The notes under the pieces: generated by a model | What the model was told of the DNA's origin: nothing | Seen by the model: the letters and a program-made list of their open reading frames with translations, nothing else | Database searches by the model: none | Shown: positions 12,513-25,980 of the stretch, in pieces | How the letters are laid out: each line of letters opens with the position of its first letter | How positions within the stretch are numbered: the stretch's first letter is position 1 | Assembly: GCF_001194135.2 (NCBI RefSeq) | Contig: NC_068993.1 | Coordinates: 5,288,177-5,352,176, forward strand | From: Octopus bimaculoides | Lineage: Eukaryota | Direction: 5' to 3' | Length of the DNA stretch: 64,000 nt | Made by a program: the position numbers and the translations under genes

Positions 12513-14831
12513 TCGATTTCATATATATATATATATANNNNNNNNNNNNNNNNNNNNNNNNNNNNNNNNNNNNNNNNNNNNNNNNNNNNNNNNNNNNNNN
12601 NNNNNNNNNNNNNNNNNNNNNNNNNNNNNNNNNNNNNNNNNNNNNNNNNNNNNNNNNNNNNNNNNNNNNNNNNNNNNNNNNNNNNNNNNNNNNNNNNNNN
12701 NNNNNNNNNNNNNNNNNNNNNNNNNNNNNNNNNNNNNNNNNNNNNNNNNNNNNNNNNNNNNNNNNNNNNNNNNNNNNNNNNNNNNNNNNNNNNNNNNNNN
12801 NNNNNNNNNNNNNNNNNNNNNNNACACACCCACCACACACACACACACACATTTCAGATAATTGTTCTGAAAATTAAGTCTTAATTTTGATTTTTTCCTT
12901 TTTTTTTCAGTTATGTTTAGATTTAAGTTTCTTTGTTCAGGTTGTGACCGAGCTGTTTCTAGAATGTCGAAGAATATAATAAAATGGCATTCACATTGTT
13001 TTATTTGATGTAAAACAGATGTGAAACATTATTTGATCAAACAGAATATACCGAGCAGTAAGTCACAACTGCAATATTTTGGACTACAGTAGAAATGTAA
13101 ATACTGATCTATGATAAAAGTTGGCCTCTTTGTCATTAATAGGAGGGAAAAAAAAGGAAAAAATTACCCACTTGGGTCCTGCCTTGTCATCTGATATTAT
13201 TCAATCCCAAATTAATATTTGAACATGTCGTTGAATGTTTGTTTGCAGTTAGTGCTTAATTTTCTTCTTCAGAAGACTGAGTGAAATTGCTTCAGGGTAC
13301 AATTTTATTATTAATATCTGAAATTTGTTATTCCCATAACTTTTACCGAAATTGATGGAATGCTGTTTTTGGCATACAAAGCATATTCCTGAAAAAAAAT
13401 ACTAATATTACTGACAGTATTCATGCCATTTTCAGCTTCCGATGGAAGAATTTAGGCATAGCACTAAAGCTAATGAAATATTCATCGTTTGGACAATTTT
13501 CCCCTGCTACTATACCTGCTTTTGTTACCTATTTACAGCTGAGTATCAAATTTCTTCCTCTAACTGAAATTCTAGCTGTGACCATCTTGTCTTCTTTCCT
13601 AGTGTATCATTTATCCAGTACAACTTTATCTTGATAATGTTATCATTTCGAAAACAAGGGTGGTATTTAAGGAAGATTTGAAGAAGTATCAGTTTTTCAT
13701 ACGGCTAAGTGACCCTCATAAAGGCTTTCAAAGTAATTTTTGTGCCCCAACGTTGTCTACTTTGTCTGCCTCCATTGTTGTCACCCCAGACTCAGTAGAC
13801 ATAGAATAGATTAAACAGTGGGGATAGCACATGCTCACACTAGCAGGACACACCTAATGTGATTCTGCTCTACAGGTTTGAATATTCCCTGTGGTCTTCA
13901 TCCAGATACATGCATGAGTATAACTGGAAAGGAAGGCCTATGTGCCAGGCTTCATCATTCGGTTGATTACCTGCATGGCACAGAGTTATCTTATCAATGT
14001 TGACCTGGGGCAACAACAGTCAAACCAATGAGATCAAAATACCATTTACAGAGGCACAGTAAGTACTTGGTATACGGGTATAATCTAATGACCCTTGTGC
14101 TATTTGACAGTCATCCTTGTAGCTTTTAGTGAATGTGACAGGAACCTTATGTAACAAATATAACTCATGTATTCAACAATAACAGATTTGTGGAATGAGA
14201 AAATGGGAAACTTTTAAATTAAATAAAACTAAAACTGAAGAGAAAATCTTCTGATTCAACACACAGTCTTAGATCAAGTCACTTGCTAAATGAAAGTTTT
14301 AAAAATCCTAAACAAATGTTCTTTCTTTTATAAAGTATGTATGTAAATCATTGGATTTGTAATATTCTTCTTCAACCCTTTGAATTCTTGATATCAATTC
14401 TCTTCTGTGTAAGTCGGACCTTTTTCTATGTAAACATGTTTTGTATTTCATGTATTTAATATACATTGTATAGTGACCTGCCTAACTTGTTTGTCTTTTC
14501 ATTTACTCCTCTACTCACTCAATTTTAAACCTCTTGAGCACTACGAAGTGTATTCTATACAGAGAATATCTGATTCTCATCTATGAACTATAATAATTAA
14601 TACATGTATTTTGAAATATATATATATACATATGTGTATATGTTTAAGTAAATGTATATGCAATTGCAATGTAGAAAACATAAGTTAGCCAATCAGAAAC
14701 ACACAAAGACTGTTAACTTCACATTTGTTCATAACATGGTGTCAAAATTTTCATTGCTGAAACTACAACCAGTTTTCTGCATCTGATGCACATGTATACA
14801 TGCTCCCAAAAGAATTCAAAGTGTTTGTTTA

Positions 14832-14894
14832 ATGTATTTTGTTTGATGCATTTTGTTTGATACATTTTGTTTGACATATTTTGTTTGATGTATT
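14832..14894. repeat. 14-bp tandem repeat x4.5
   Basis: tgtattttgtttga / tgcattttgtttga / tacattttgtttga / catattttgtttga / tgtattt. Confidence 0.9.
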
Positions 14895-15530
14895 TACTAT
14901 AATCATTTATAAATTGATACTTTTATTAATGTCTGCTTTTTTTGTTTTCTTTCTGATCAACAGCTATCCTGGTTCCTTGAGTACTTATGGACTTACTACC
15001 CTTGATACATATGCTGCATGCATGCAAACAACTAAGTGTAGTTTAGGTGCCTTCAGCCTTTGAGGCTAATCCACTGAATTCATCAAAATGATTTGGGGAC
15101 ATCATTCAGCCTTCAAGAAACTTTTTTAAGATGCCAGGTTTGTTGATTTCAAATTATTTTCGTGTTTCTACTGTGTGCATAACAACAACTTTATACTACA
15201 CCCTGTTTCTTGTTTCTAATCTTTCAGGAACTCATCCTTTTTCTTAAATTGGTCATCTGCGGAAAATATCTTTAAAAGTTAATTTTCCATTTCTTAGTCT
15301 TTTATTTGTTATTATAATAATATTCAGTGACCCATTACGTATGTCAGCTACTTTAATTTCAATGTAAGAAAAGGAGAAAACGAAACCATTTCTTGTCTGT
15401 AATTACAATAACAGCTCCAGGCTGACCAAAACCTTGTGAGTGAGTTTGGTAGACAGAAACTGAAAGACGTCCGTCATGTATGTGTATGTATGTTTGCATG
15501 TTTATATATATATATATATAAAAGGTTAGC

Positions 15531-15678
15531 TTAGAGGTTAAAATAACCGGCTAACGGATAGAAGTATCCATTACATTACTGGTATATTACCTATGTTTAA
15601 CCATGGGCAAACATATGCAAGCATGTTATGCCCATAAATTATAGGCAAAGACAAGGATAAACAGGAGTTTATCAAGAA
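15531..15678 (+). repeat. 148-bp dispersed repeat, copy 1 (hairpin chain)
   Basis: Ungapped alignment with 48315-48462, 126/148 identical by manual count. Confidence 0.9.
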
Positions 15679-16229
15679 CATACATATATGTTATTCTTAT
15701 CTAAAATAGCAATGAGTACCGATATTCCCATGTGGTATGCTTACATGAAACATGTAAAGATCCATCAGTTCCACCAGTTCCAACTTGGAACTGTTGACTG
15801 AAGCAAATACATTCCATGTTTTAAGTGAGTGAGTGAAGGTTAGTTTGTTTTTATGCAAAACGAAGTGGAAAATATAAGAAAAAGAGTGTTTGGTATGGAA
15901 TCTATACATAAAGCAAAAGAATGGTGGGTGGAAGTATGGTAAATGCATCAGACGGTTTGCATAGAATTAGTTGTTTAAAAAAATGATGCCATTATGAGAC
16001 ATTTTAAAATGGTAATGAGAAGAGACAGTTCAATAGTGGAGAAGTGTTTTAGATGTTGTTTGTGAATATAAGACTGATTTCTAAAGCACAGATTTTGCTT
16101 CAACGTTGTAAATAAGTGAATCATTTAAGATATTTGAGCAGACTTTCCATTATGGTGTATATTTTCTGAATAAATAATGTTTTCATGAATTAGTCGGTCA
16201 GTCCATTTCTATACTTGTTTATGCATCGA

Positions 16230-16800
16230 ACAGAAATTTTGCATTCAGTGTTTTTTGTTGGTTGTGCTACAGGTTCATCTACGTTTTCCAACTATATTTG
16301 GTGACTGCCTTCAAGTACTGTAACAGAATATAGTGTCATGTGACCCACGATTTTTCTAGCCACCTACTTAATTTTGTTGGTATCCATACTAAGGTTGTTT
16401 TTGCATGCTGGTAATCTGGCTACAAGGCATGACCTATCAGTCACATTCTTCCTTCTGTTACCATATCTTGGTCAGTTTTGGAGTCTTTAGAAGACAGCGA
16501 GCTGACAGAATCGTTAGCACGCTGGGCAAAATGCTTAACGGTATTTCATTTGTCTTTGTGTTCTGAGTTCAAATTCTACCTTGGTTGACTTTGCCTTTCC
16601 TCCTTTCAGGGTCAATAAATTAAGTACCAGTTGTGTACTGGGGTTGATCTAATTGACTGGCTCCCCTCCCCAAAAATTTTGGGCCTTATGCCTACAATAC
16701 AAAAGTTTTGGAGACTTTAAGGTCCTCAAGGCTTTGTTTCATTTCTGAGAGAATTGGGATCCAAAATTTTCAGAATTTTCTTTAAGTTTAGAAGGCACTG
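16230..16800 (-). mobile_element. Older RTE/RTE-X-like LINE C-terminal remnant interrupted by a SINE
   Basis: Minus-strand fragments QCLLNLKKILKILDPNSLRNE and EGRM*LIGHAL*PDYQHAKTTLVWIPTK...LKAVTKYSW resemble the RCLRKIL.I.WPN.ISNE / RRWRWIGHVLR.P....KTAL.W.P pattern of RTE-type elements. Frameshifted and stop-ridden. Confidence 0.6.
16490..16703 (+). mobile_element. Full-length SINE family A with 16-bp target-site duplication
   Basis: Runs from head to tail. Flanks agttttggagtcttta (16474-16489) and agttttggagacttta (16704-16719) are 15/16 identical. Confidence 0.92.
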
Positions 16801-18137
16801 TATAACAAGACAGATGAACTTTTGGCTGGTAATTTGCTAAAGATACATTTTAATGGATATCTAGGGGGATTTTTATCAAGAAAGTGTTTTATCTGCCAGT
16901 ATCATTCATTCATCAACATTTCAACTTTGAAATAAAAGACAATTCCTTTCTTTATTACAACTGCAAAAGACTGTAAATTGTCTCGAAGTTTACTCCATAA
17001 ATCTTTAGTTGATATACGATATAATATCGAAAAAATAGCATTTTAGTATGACATTTATTGATATTTTAATTATGTTTTATTGCCTTTAAAATATAATACA
17101 ATTCCACTAGAATTAGTCTCTTAAAGAAAATACAATTTTTGATGGAAAAATAGAAAAACTAAAAACAAACCGTTAAATATATCCAATGTTTTTTTCCCCT
17201 CTTCATAAGTTCTGAATACAATACAAAATATATCTAGAAGTTGGCTACAAAGTGAGTTTGTTATGTTTTGGAATAGTTTTTTTTCTTATTCATCCTGTTC
17301 AAAACATGCAATTTAATCTCATAATATGGTTTTATTTTGAAATTAAATTATTTATTCTTAGGCAATCCAAGACAAACTGCCGTAAGTGTTTTGATTGGAT
17401 GTTCTTGAAAATTTTTGATTTTTGAATTCAGAATTGTAACAAGATCTTGAGGGAAAGTTCAATGGAACTGTACTAAAAATAACACAATTGGTAAAAATAG
17501 AACATAGATTGTCTTTGATTCGTTTATGTTCAATAAAATAATTATTATTACCATATCTGTTTTTATTTTTACAACGTTAATCTTTCTTCTTTTTTAATTT
17601 TAATTTTCCATAATTTTAAGACAGCTTAAAAACTTCAAATTTAAACCAAATATAAATTTGAAAAGTCTTATCTGAAAAAGCAAATGAAAGAAAGAGATAG
17701 AGAGAAAGAGAAAGCAAGGAAGAAGGAGACAGAGAGAAAGAGTGAGAGAGAGAGTGATTGGATGAATTTACAGTCATCACAGCAGTGACTCTTTACAAGC
17801 AGACCAAGACATTTTATTTTTTTAAATTTCTATGACAAAAGTAGAATACAATTTATATGTCGAATTGACGTGGCAGAGTAAAGACTAACTTGATCACATA
17901 ATGCAATTTTTTTTTCTTTCTTATTTATTTTATTTATTTATTTTTTTTGTGCTGAAACATTTTACAATAGGTAATAACAAATAATATTGATTATTTTCAA
18001 TCTATACATCAATAAAATGTATTGGGATTATAATGCCAATGTACAAGAATTACTGAGATTTTTGGAACAGATATTTTCTGCTCTTTTCTTCCTCTATGTA
18101 TTTCTCTCAATAGTAATGTTCTGAAAGAAACAGAAAA

Positions 18138-18206
<69 letters not shown>

Positions 18207-18380
18207 TATCATCATCATCATCATCATCATTAACATCATCGTCATTTTTATGTCCATTTTTCCATGCTTCATGGTTGCATGTATCAGACAGGATTTGTTC
18301 AAACAGATTTTCTACAGCTGGATGCCTTTCCCATCACCAACCCTTATTTCTTTCCAAACACGATAATATTTTACCATGGC
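18138..18380 (-). mobile_element. Family C variant tail with ~105-bp (CAT)n; relatives at 30175-30310 (+), 33494-33631 (-), 37162-37240 (+), 49579-49760 (-), 52360-52510 (+), 60480-60600 (-), 61931-62165 (-)
   Basis: Shared ttttccatgc...ttctacagctggatgccYttcc..caccaacc block; most copies adjoin (CAT)n/(GAT)n arrays. Confidence 0.75.
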
Positions 18381-18438
18381 AAGGAAGGCTGAATGACTCT
18401 GATTCTCATTTATAATTATTATATGATATCAAGACAAG

Positions 18439-18548
18439 GGTGTGGTACAAATTGTGTGGCACCTTGAGCAAGTGACTTCTGCTATAGCCTCAAGCTGCCC
18501 CAATGCCATATGAAGGGATTTGATGGACAGAAACTGAAAGAAACCCAT

Positions 18549-18589
<41 letters not shown>

Positions 18590-18817
18590 GTGTTTGTCCA
18601 TCTTTGTATCCATGTTTGTCCACCACAACCACTTGGCAACCAGTGTTGGTGTGTTTATGTCCCTATAACTGAGCAGTTCAGCAAAAGTGATTGATGAAGT
18701 AAGTACCAGGCTTTAAAACACAAACAAGCACTGTGATCAATTTGCTTGACTAACATTCTTCAAGGCAGTGCCCCAGCATGGCCACAGTTTAATGTGACTG
18801 GAACAAGTAAGAGATAA
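18439..18817 (+). mobile_element. SINE family B (tRNA-derived, MIR/CORE-like ccttgggcaagt block, internal microsatellite)
   Basis: tggcaccttgagcaagtgacttctgctatagcc...gaaactgaaagaaaccc(tg)n...gttggtgtgtttatgtccctataac...ccccagcatggccacag...gactggaacaagtaagag. Confidence 0.85.
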
Positions 18818-18848
18818 TCTTATCGATAAGACAGACAGACAGACAGAC

Positions 18849-18912
<64 letters not shown>

Positions 18913-18920
18913 GCAGTGGT

Positions 18921-19015
18921 CTTCTATCATTTTCCATCTACCAAATCCACTCACAGGGCTTTGGTTAGCCCTGGGTTTAAGAGAAGGACACTTGCCTAAG
19001 ATGCCACATAGTTGA
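18921..19015 (-). mobile_element. SINE family B fragment
   Basis: ttttccatctaccaaatccactcacagggctttggttagccc...gacacttgcctaagatgccac. Confidence 0.8.
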
Positions 19016-19524
19016 GAAACAAGCCTGTTAACAACGCATATCCACACAGTAGCTAAACTTTGAATTCTGTCCATCTTCATTTATGTTAGAGACTATTTAA
19101 TGGTTTTTCTCTCAAAATACCTCTGTGTGAATTATTTTTGCACAGTTTTAGATATTTCAAACGAACAACAATTTTATTTCATCTTCTAATTACAACTGGT
19201 TTCTTCTTTTTAAATGGTAACCTGCTTTTTTTTATGTTACAACTAAACTGTATTCCACTGAAATTACTGATTGATATTGGTTTACTATCTCGTTAAGCGG
19301 TGTCAAATCTGGCTACTAATTAAGAAAGATTATCTTTTGAAAATTCTAAACAATTAGTTCATACTTAGTTGTTTTGTACTTGGCCTGTGTAATTATTTTC
19401 ATTGAACTCAGAGAAAGCAAATACTTGCTTTTATTGTATTTAGAAACATTAACAAATACTACACAGTTACATATGCAAAGTTTTATTGTTGTATTATTAT
19501 TGGTATTATTATTTTTCTTCTTAA

Positions 19525-19745
19525 CCTTTTCGTTACCATATTTCTGTTGAGATGATCTGTGTTTCTTTCAATTAATTTTAAATATAACAAAGAATTTAGT
19601 AAAATAACTTAGTGATCATTAAGCCAGTGTTAGGAACATAAATTGTGACTAAGGTTTGGTGGAAGATTTTAATTCAAAACTTACGAAAGCAAAACATTTG
19701 TACTCAGAGCCAGAGGTGGTTTTAACTAGGCTGGTCTCAAAAGGG
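19525..19745 (+). mobile_element. piggyBac-like MITE flanked by TTAA
   Basis: TTAA(19521-24) ccttttcgttaccatatttctgttgagatg ... ctggtctcaaaaggg TTAA(19746-49). It has CCCTTT/AAAGGG-type termini and no coding capacity. Confidence 0.85.
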
Positions 19746-21349
19746 TTAAGAATTGTTTCTCTATTATATATTTGAGTTTGACAGAAATAAACAGGGAGAG
19801 AAAATAAAACAGGCTTAGTGGCTAGCAATCTATCATAGCAAATGCTAGATAGAGGGGTCACATATATGTACATATACACACACATCTGTATATTCTGTGT
19901 TAGAAACAAATGCATGCAGAATATATACATACATACATATGGAATATCTCAAGCAACTGAGTACCCTCTTTAACTAAGCCTAGAAACACTACTTATAAAC
20001 TCATCAATACTAAGGCTGAAATAAACTGGATTGACTGATTTGCTTATTAATGAGGTGTCCCTGCCGTCTAATTTAATTAATTACAGGTGTATTAATTGTG
20101 TTTTGTTAATGTAAAATATTAATATCAAATTAATATATAGTCCTCTGCACTACGGTGCCATTGCCAGTATTTTACCATAAAAGCAGTACACCATCGCAAT
20201 TTAAAATGTTTATACACTAAACTAGTTAAAAAATACTAAACATTGCCAAATTGAATTACTGTAAATCTAAACAACTATCCAGGTATTTAGTAGCTTAGAA
20301 TAAACCAAATAAAATTTGGCTAAAAAAATGTAAATCAGTTGTTAGATTCCTACAGTAAATGAATTATTAACTGGAAGGAATTGCTTGCCTGTATATAAAA
20401 TATTCATCTATCACTATAATTGGGTTTGTGTATGCGTGTGTGTGTGTGTTGTGGAAGGAGAAAGAAATAATATTGGCAATAAATGTCTGTATTTCTTGAG
20501 ATAAATTACATTTACCAAATTTTCCATGTTCCTACATCTAACAGAACATTTCCTTTTTACTTCTTAATCACTCAAGTAATTATTTCCTCATTGTCCTCAT
20601 CAACACCATCGTTATTTGTTGGATGTGTTCAATAAAAGGGGTTTCTTGTTTATTTATTTTTTTATGCTTCTTTTTTTTTTCTCAGTTATTTCTCTCTCGA
20701 AATCGTTTTTAAAAGGTTTCCTATAAATAAACGTTATAAATGTTATAAATATATCTCAGCCTGGAAAAAAAATCAGTAGAGATTGATCTCATGAGAATTC
20801 AAGAGAACACGAAATAATTCTTTTCACCTTTTCTTTTTTTTTTTTTGGAACAGTGAATCTCAAAGCACACATAAGGCTATTAATAAAGACACACAAACAT
20901 TGGGTTGAAAACCCATTTGGATAGAAAAAAATCAAAGGCTGCTCATGGGATGTGAACCCACATCTCTTGTAGACATGAAAGCATTCAACCATTGACTCCC
21001 AACGGCAGCTTTCAACTTTTGCTATCCATAAAGGTTTTATCAACCCAATATTTACATGTGATTATTTATAGCTTTATGTGTGCTTCAAGATCCACTATTC
21101 CCAAAAAGAATTAATTCTCATTCTCCCAAAAGCTTATCAAATTCTTGTGTCAACAACATCATATGATTCTCACTGGTAAGAATAAAGTTTCTAAACTGAA
21201 GAAATCTGAAGGATTGCTTTGGTCCAGTGGTAAAACATCTGTCATGTGAACAGGAGATGTAGGTTTCTAGCCCCATGGGAAGCCTTTGACTTGTTCTATT
21301 CAAAAGAGTTTTTCATACCAATATTCACGCACTATTATTTACAGAATTT

Positions 21350-21566
21350 AGGGAGGGGTGAACTGGCTGAATTATTAACATACCAAGCAAAATGCTCAGT
21401 GATGTTTCATCCATCTTTACATTCTGAATTCAAATTCCACCGAGGTCAACTTTACCTTTCATCCTTTCAGTGTTGATAAAATAAGTACCAGTTATGCACT
21501 AGGGTTGAGGTGATCAACTTAACCCCTCCTTTGAAATTACTGGCCTTGTGCCAAAATTTGAGACCA
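21350..21566 (+). mobile_element. SINE family A
   Basis: Head gaactggctgaattattaac, core ttctgaattcaaattccaccgaggtcaacttt...gataaaataagtaccag, tail ggccttgtgccaaaatttgagacca. Confidence 0.88.
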
Positions 21567-22079
21567 TCATCTGTAGCTTCATGTGTGTTTGGATATCCAT
21601 TATTTCCACAAAAGAATTAATACACATTCAGGAGAATGGCTTCATGTGTTCTTCATGTTCAGAACAAAACAAAAAGAAACGAAAACAAAAAAAAAGACAA
21701 AGAATTAATGCTAATGAATTTATTAATGTATCAAAAACAGAAAATAAATTTAAAAACATTGTGTTAATAGTAATTTGGACTTGAATTTACTATTTCTTTT
21801 CACCATTCAAAACTAAATTTTCTTAAGAGGTTTTCTATTTTTTTTTTTTAAAAAAACATAATATATAAAAAGGTATATAAACAATGGTTTTGTCAAATTG
21901 TTAACAATATAATCGTGCCAGCACTAAATACCTCGTAACCATTTCTATAAGGATTCTCTCTCAATTTGCCTCTTGTCTATTCACCTGTCAAAAAACCAAA
22001 AGCATAAAATTGACAGATTCTTCATAAACTTCACTTTCTTCTCAACTACTTACCATTTTTTGTTTATTTTGTTTTGTTT

Positions 22080-22252
22080 TTCATCTTCATTTTCATATAT
22101 CTTTCTTTTCCTCTCCTTCTCTCTCTACTTATCTCTCTTTTTCCCCTCTCTCATTCCCTCTCACCTTCTCTCACCTCCTCTCTCTATTTCTCTCTCAGTC
22201 ATTCTCTCCTTCTCTCACTCTCAATGCCTTTTTCTTCCTTTCTCTCCTTTTG

Positions 22253-22295
<43 letters not shown>

Positions 22296-22570
22296 CTCTC
22301 TCTCTGCTTCTCTCCCTTTTTTCTGTCCTTCCTTTCTCACATTCTCTGTCTCTCACTGCCATTTATTCTCTTCTTCTCTCTCTCCTTTTCACTTCCTCTT
22401 CTGTCTCACTTTCTCTCTCCATCTCTCTCTCTTTCTCCATCCCTCTCTCTCTCTCTCTCTTTCTCTAACTCACACAGCACACAAAAACAACACACACAAC
22501 ACATACACACAAACACACCACACACCACACAACCCACCACACCAAACACACACACACACATACACACACA
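22080..22570. repeat. Long CT-rich polypyrimidine tract followed by CA-rich repeat
   Basis: About 390 nt almost free of purines on the + strand, then (ca)n-like. Confidence 0.9.
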
Positions 22571-23075
22571 CTCTCTCTCTCTTAAGCTTTGTTTTCATTT
22601 TTCCTACATCTCACTGACTGTCAATTTCTCTGCCTTTTAAAGATTATAATTTCCCCCCAGAGCCTCATTAGCTCCCATTCACTCAAAACTATATCACCAA
22701 CAGATTCCCTATAGATGTCATTTAGCATAACTAGACATCAGGACATCTCCATGAATATATTTTCTTAAGTATCATTGACGTTGCTGCTATGTTTTACTGT
22801 TGTTTCATATTTACAATGAAATCAAATTTAGATTCTCAAATTTCTTAAATGTTGTATTTAATTTTACTTGACATTAAATATGATTTATTCTAATTTGTTA
22901 TACTGGTTTTTGTTTGCATCCGTATCACTAGAAGAATCTCCTCGCCTTTTTTCCTCTTAGTGTTTCTTATTTTCTGGAGTGTTTTGATTATTCAAAATTC
23001 TAAATAAACATATGAAGATATGCACAAAGTGCAGGTGTTCATACATACCCCCACACACATATATATATATATATG

Positions 23076-23125
<50 letters not shown>

Positions 23126-23184
23126 TAGATAGATAGATAGATANNNNNNNNNNTATATACATATATACATATATATACATATAC

Positions 23185-23221
<37 letters not shown>

Positions 23222-23324
23222 CATATATATATATAAATATACATATATATATAGATGCATATATGTATTTTATATATATACATATGTGCGTATGTATATA
23301 TATATGTCTGTGTGTGTATATAAA

Positions 23325-23630
23325 TGAAGGTGCTTGGCTTAGTGGTTAAGGCGTTTGGCTCACGATTGCAAGGTCATGAGTTCAATCTCTGGTGACACAT
23401 TGTGTCCTTGAGCAAGACACTTTATTTCATGTTGCTCCAGTCCACTCAGCTGGCAAAAATGAGTAGTACCTGTATTTAAAAGGGGCAGCCTTGTCACACT
23501 CTGTCACACTGAATCTCCCTGAGAACTGTGTCTGTGGAGTGCTCAGCCACTTGCACGTTAATTTTACAAGTAAGTTGTTCCGTTGATTGTATCAGCTGCG
23601 ACCCTCATCGTTGTAACCAATGGAGTGCTC
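23325..23630 (+). mobile_element. tRNA-derived SINE family F (long-tail variant)
   Basis: Pol III A box tggcttagtgg and B box gagttcaatct, then tgtgtccttgagcaagacactttatttcatgttgctccagtccactcagctggcaaaaatgagtag. This core is shared with the 54045 copy. Confidence 0.88.
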
Positions 23631-23645
23631 CTATATGTATGTATG

Positions 23646-23686
<41 letters not shown>

Positions 23687-23846
23687 GCATCCTTCTTTTA
23701 TAGACACATACACACACACATATATATATACATACATGTATACATACATATATATATACATAAATGTATGAATATATGCATACATATATACATGCATATA
23801 TACATATATATACACATATATAGGTACACATATATGTACAAATATT

Positions 23847-23901
<55 letters not shown>

Positions 23902-24710
23902 ATATATGCATGTGTGTGTGTGTTTGTTTTATTTGACTGGTCTCTATTTTATCAGACTCTGAAGTCCAGATTATCTCCATCCTTATATATATATTTTCCA
24001 CTGTTCTGTTACCATTTCTTCATGTTACAACTTCATCTTTACCACATCATCTTTATCACTTCCAAATCTTCCAGAGATGAAGAAATTCCAATACACCCTC
24101 CTCATCCCTGCCCCCATCATAACTCTCATTCGGTATCTAGGCCTCCTGTCTCCTTCAGTGACAACCAACATTTCTCTGGCTTTTATGTGTCGATACTTGT
24201 GTGTTGTCACACATAGTTGCATTGGATTTGAGGTTTCTCTCGGCATCTTCTGATCTTATTAACAGAACTTTTCATCCAGAAACATGAAGAGAGATAGCAT
24301 TATTTCCTCTGAGGATGGTGATGTTGTTTAAAACAGTTGACATATATGAATAAATCTGTATGCCGTGAGGAAGACATGAATTCAAACAAATGTATTTGCA
24401 AACTTTATTAACTTAGTTTTAACAACATAGACCGTCGAAATTTCTAAGTTTTTATTTGATGTTGTTCACACTGTGTTGCTATTATTACCTCACTCTCCAT
24501 TACTATTGTCCAATATTATTAACTTTACTCTTCTACGTATTCACCATAGTTCTGTTCCTTCTTTCAAACATCATTCAACAAGTCTAACTTGAATTGTAGT
24601 CATTCCATGTAAAGTCTCCCTTCGCAGACACAAACATACACACACACACACATCCATATATCCACATACACAGATATGCACAGACACATACAAATCATCT
24701 CTACCATTGA

Positions 24711-24908
24711 CACAAGGCCGGCAATTTCGGGGATGGGTGCTAGTCGATTACATCAACCCCAGGGATCAACTGGTACTTATTTCATTGACCCTAAAAGGAT
24801 GAAAGACAAAGGTGACCTCAGCAGAATTTGAACTCAGAACACAAAACCAAAAGAAATGCTACTTAGCATCGGTCCTCTGTGCTAATGATTCTGCCAGCTC
24901 ATCACCTT
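24711..24908 (-). mobile_element. SINE family A
   Basis: Reverse complement of the family A core: ctggtacttatttcattgaccctaaaaggatgaaagacaaaggtgacctcagcagaatttgaactcagaac...gctaatgattctgccagctc. Confidence 0.88.
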
Positions 24909-25665
24909 AAACCTACACATACATGTACACATACACACACACATATATACATACACAGACACTGACACACATATGCACATCCTGAAACAAATCAATACTT
25001 ACACATTATATTCCTGTCTAATGACGTTTGGCTGTAAATTACTTTTCTGAAATGTAACAATTTAAAACAAATTTTAATGTTTTATGAGATCCGAGTCTTT
25101 GCACCTTTTCCCAAAAAATATTAAATGAAGCATCACATGATTTTACACTTACTAATTAAAAAGTTAATTAAATAGAAATTATACAAATTATTATAAATTT
25201 TCTTCGCAATGACTTTACCTTCGTTTCTTCTTTTTCTTTTCTGTTTCTTTCTAATTTTTTCTTTTAATCCCTTTAACTTCTAAGTTATTTTAAATGGAAA
25301 CAAAACCAGGAGTGGTTAGTCAATTATTTTCACTTCAGTAGATTATTATTTGTAGATCAATTTTACCAAAATCAGTAGAATGAAAGTTAATGACATCATC
25401 AGTGGTATTTGAATGCTGAAACATGATGTACCAGGCAGTGTCTTACTTGTTGTTGATGAATACTAATACTATAACTGCATATTTCTATCATATTATGTAT
25501 TAGTAACAGTTAAACTGACGTCACTATTATCAAATTAATTGAAAAAACAAAAAATAATAATAAAATGAGACAATTATAGCTGTTACTCACAAGCATGACC
25601 TCTTAGTTTGTACCAGCCTTTCATCAATTGTTTTAGGTGCCTGTGTGGTTGCAAACAAGCATAAA

Positions 25666-25703
25666 CCACCCCTCCACCAACCCCTCCACCAACCCCTCCA
25701 CCC
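25666..25703. repeat. 12-bp tandem repeat (cccctccaccaa)x3
   Basis: Read directly. The G-rich minus strand could form a G-quadruplex. Confidence 0.85.
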
Positions 25704-25724
25704 TTGGTTCAGTGGAACGTATGT

Positions 25725-25979
25725 CAGTGGTTCCCAAAGTCTTTCAGGCTGCCCCCTTGGCTCCTGGGCCACATTTCTAGCGCCCCTCCCCCAAGCATAG
25801 ACCAATTTCTGCAGAAAATTTTAAACAACTGTATTTGACAAATAAAACTTAACCTAAATAACCAGTTATTTTATTTGCCTTTACATCCATTGACCCCTTT
25901 TTTGCCACACCATTATTGCCCTCACTTTTCTTCAACACCCCCTGAATCTTTCCACCACCCACAGGGGGCAGTATAGATA
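25725..25979 (+). mobile_element. hAT (Charlie-like) MITE remnant
   Basis: Starts cagtggttcccaaagt (typical hAT TIR) and has GC-rich subterminal blocks (gcccccttgg, gcgcccct, cagggggcag). The right end appears truncated by the SINE at 25981. Confidence 0.5.
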
Positions 25980-25980
25980 C

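Noticed and set aside
14960-16220. Possible transposase or LINE coding remnants
   Set aside because: The portion I translated gave no recognisable motif, and the rest showed no long ORF.
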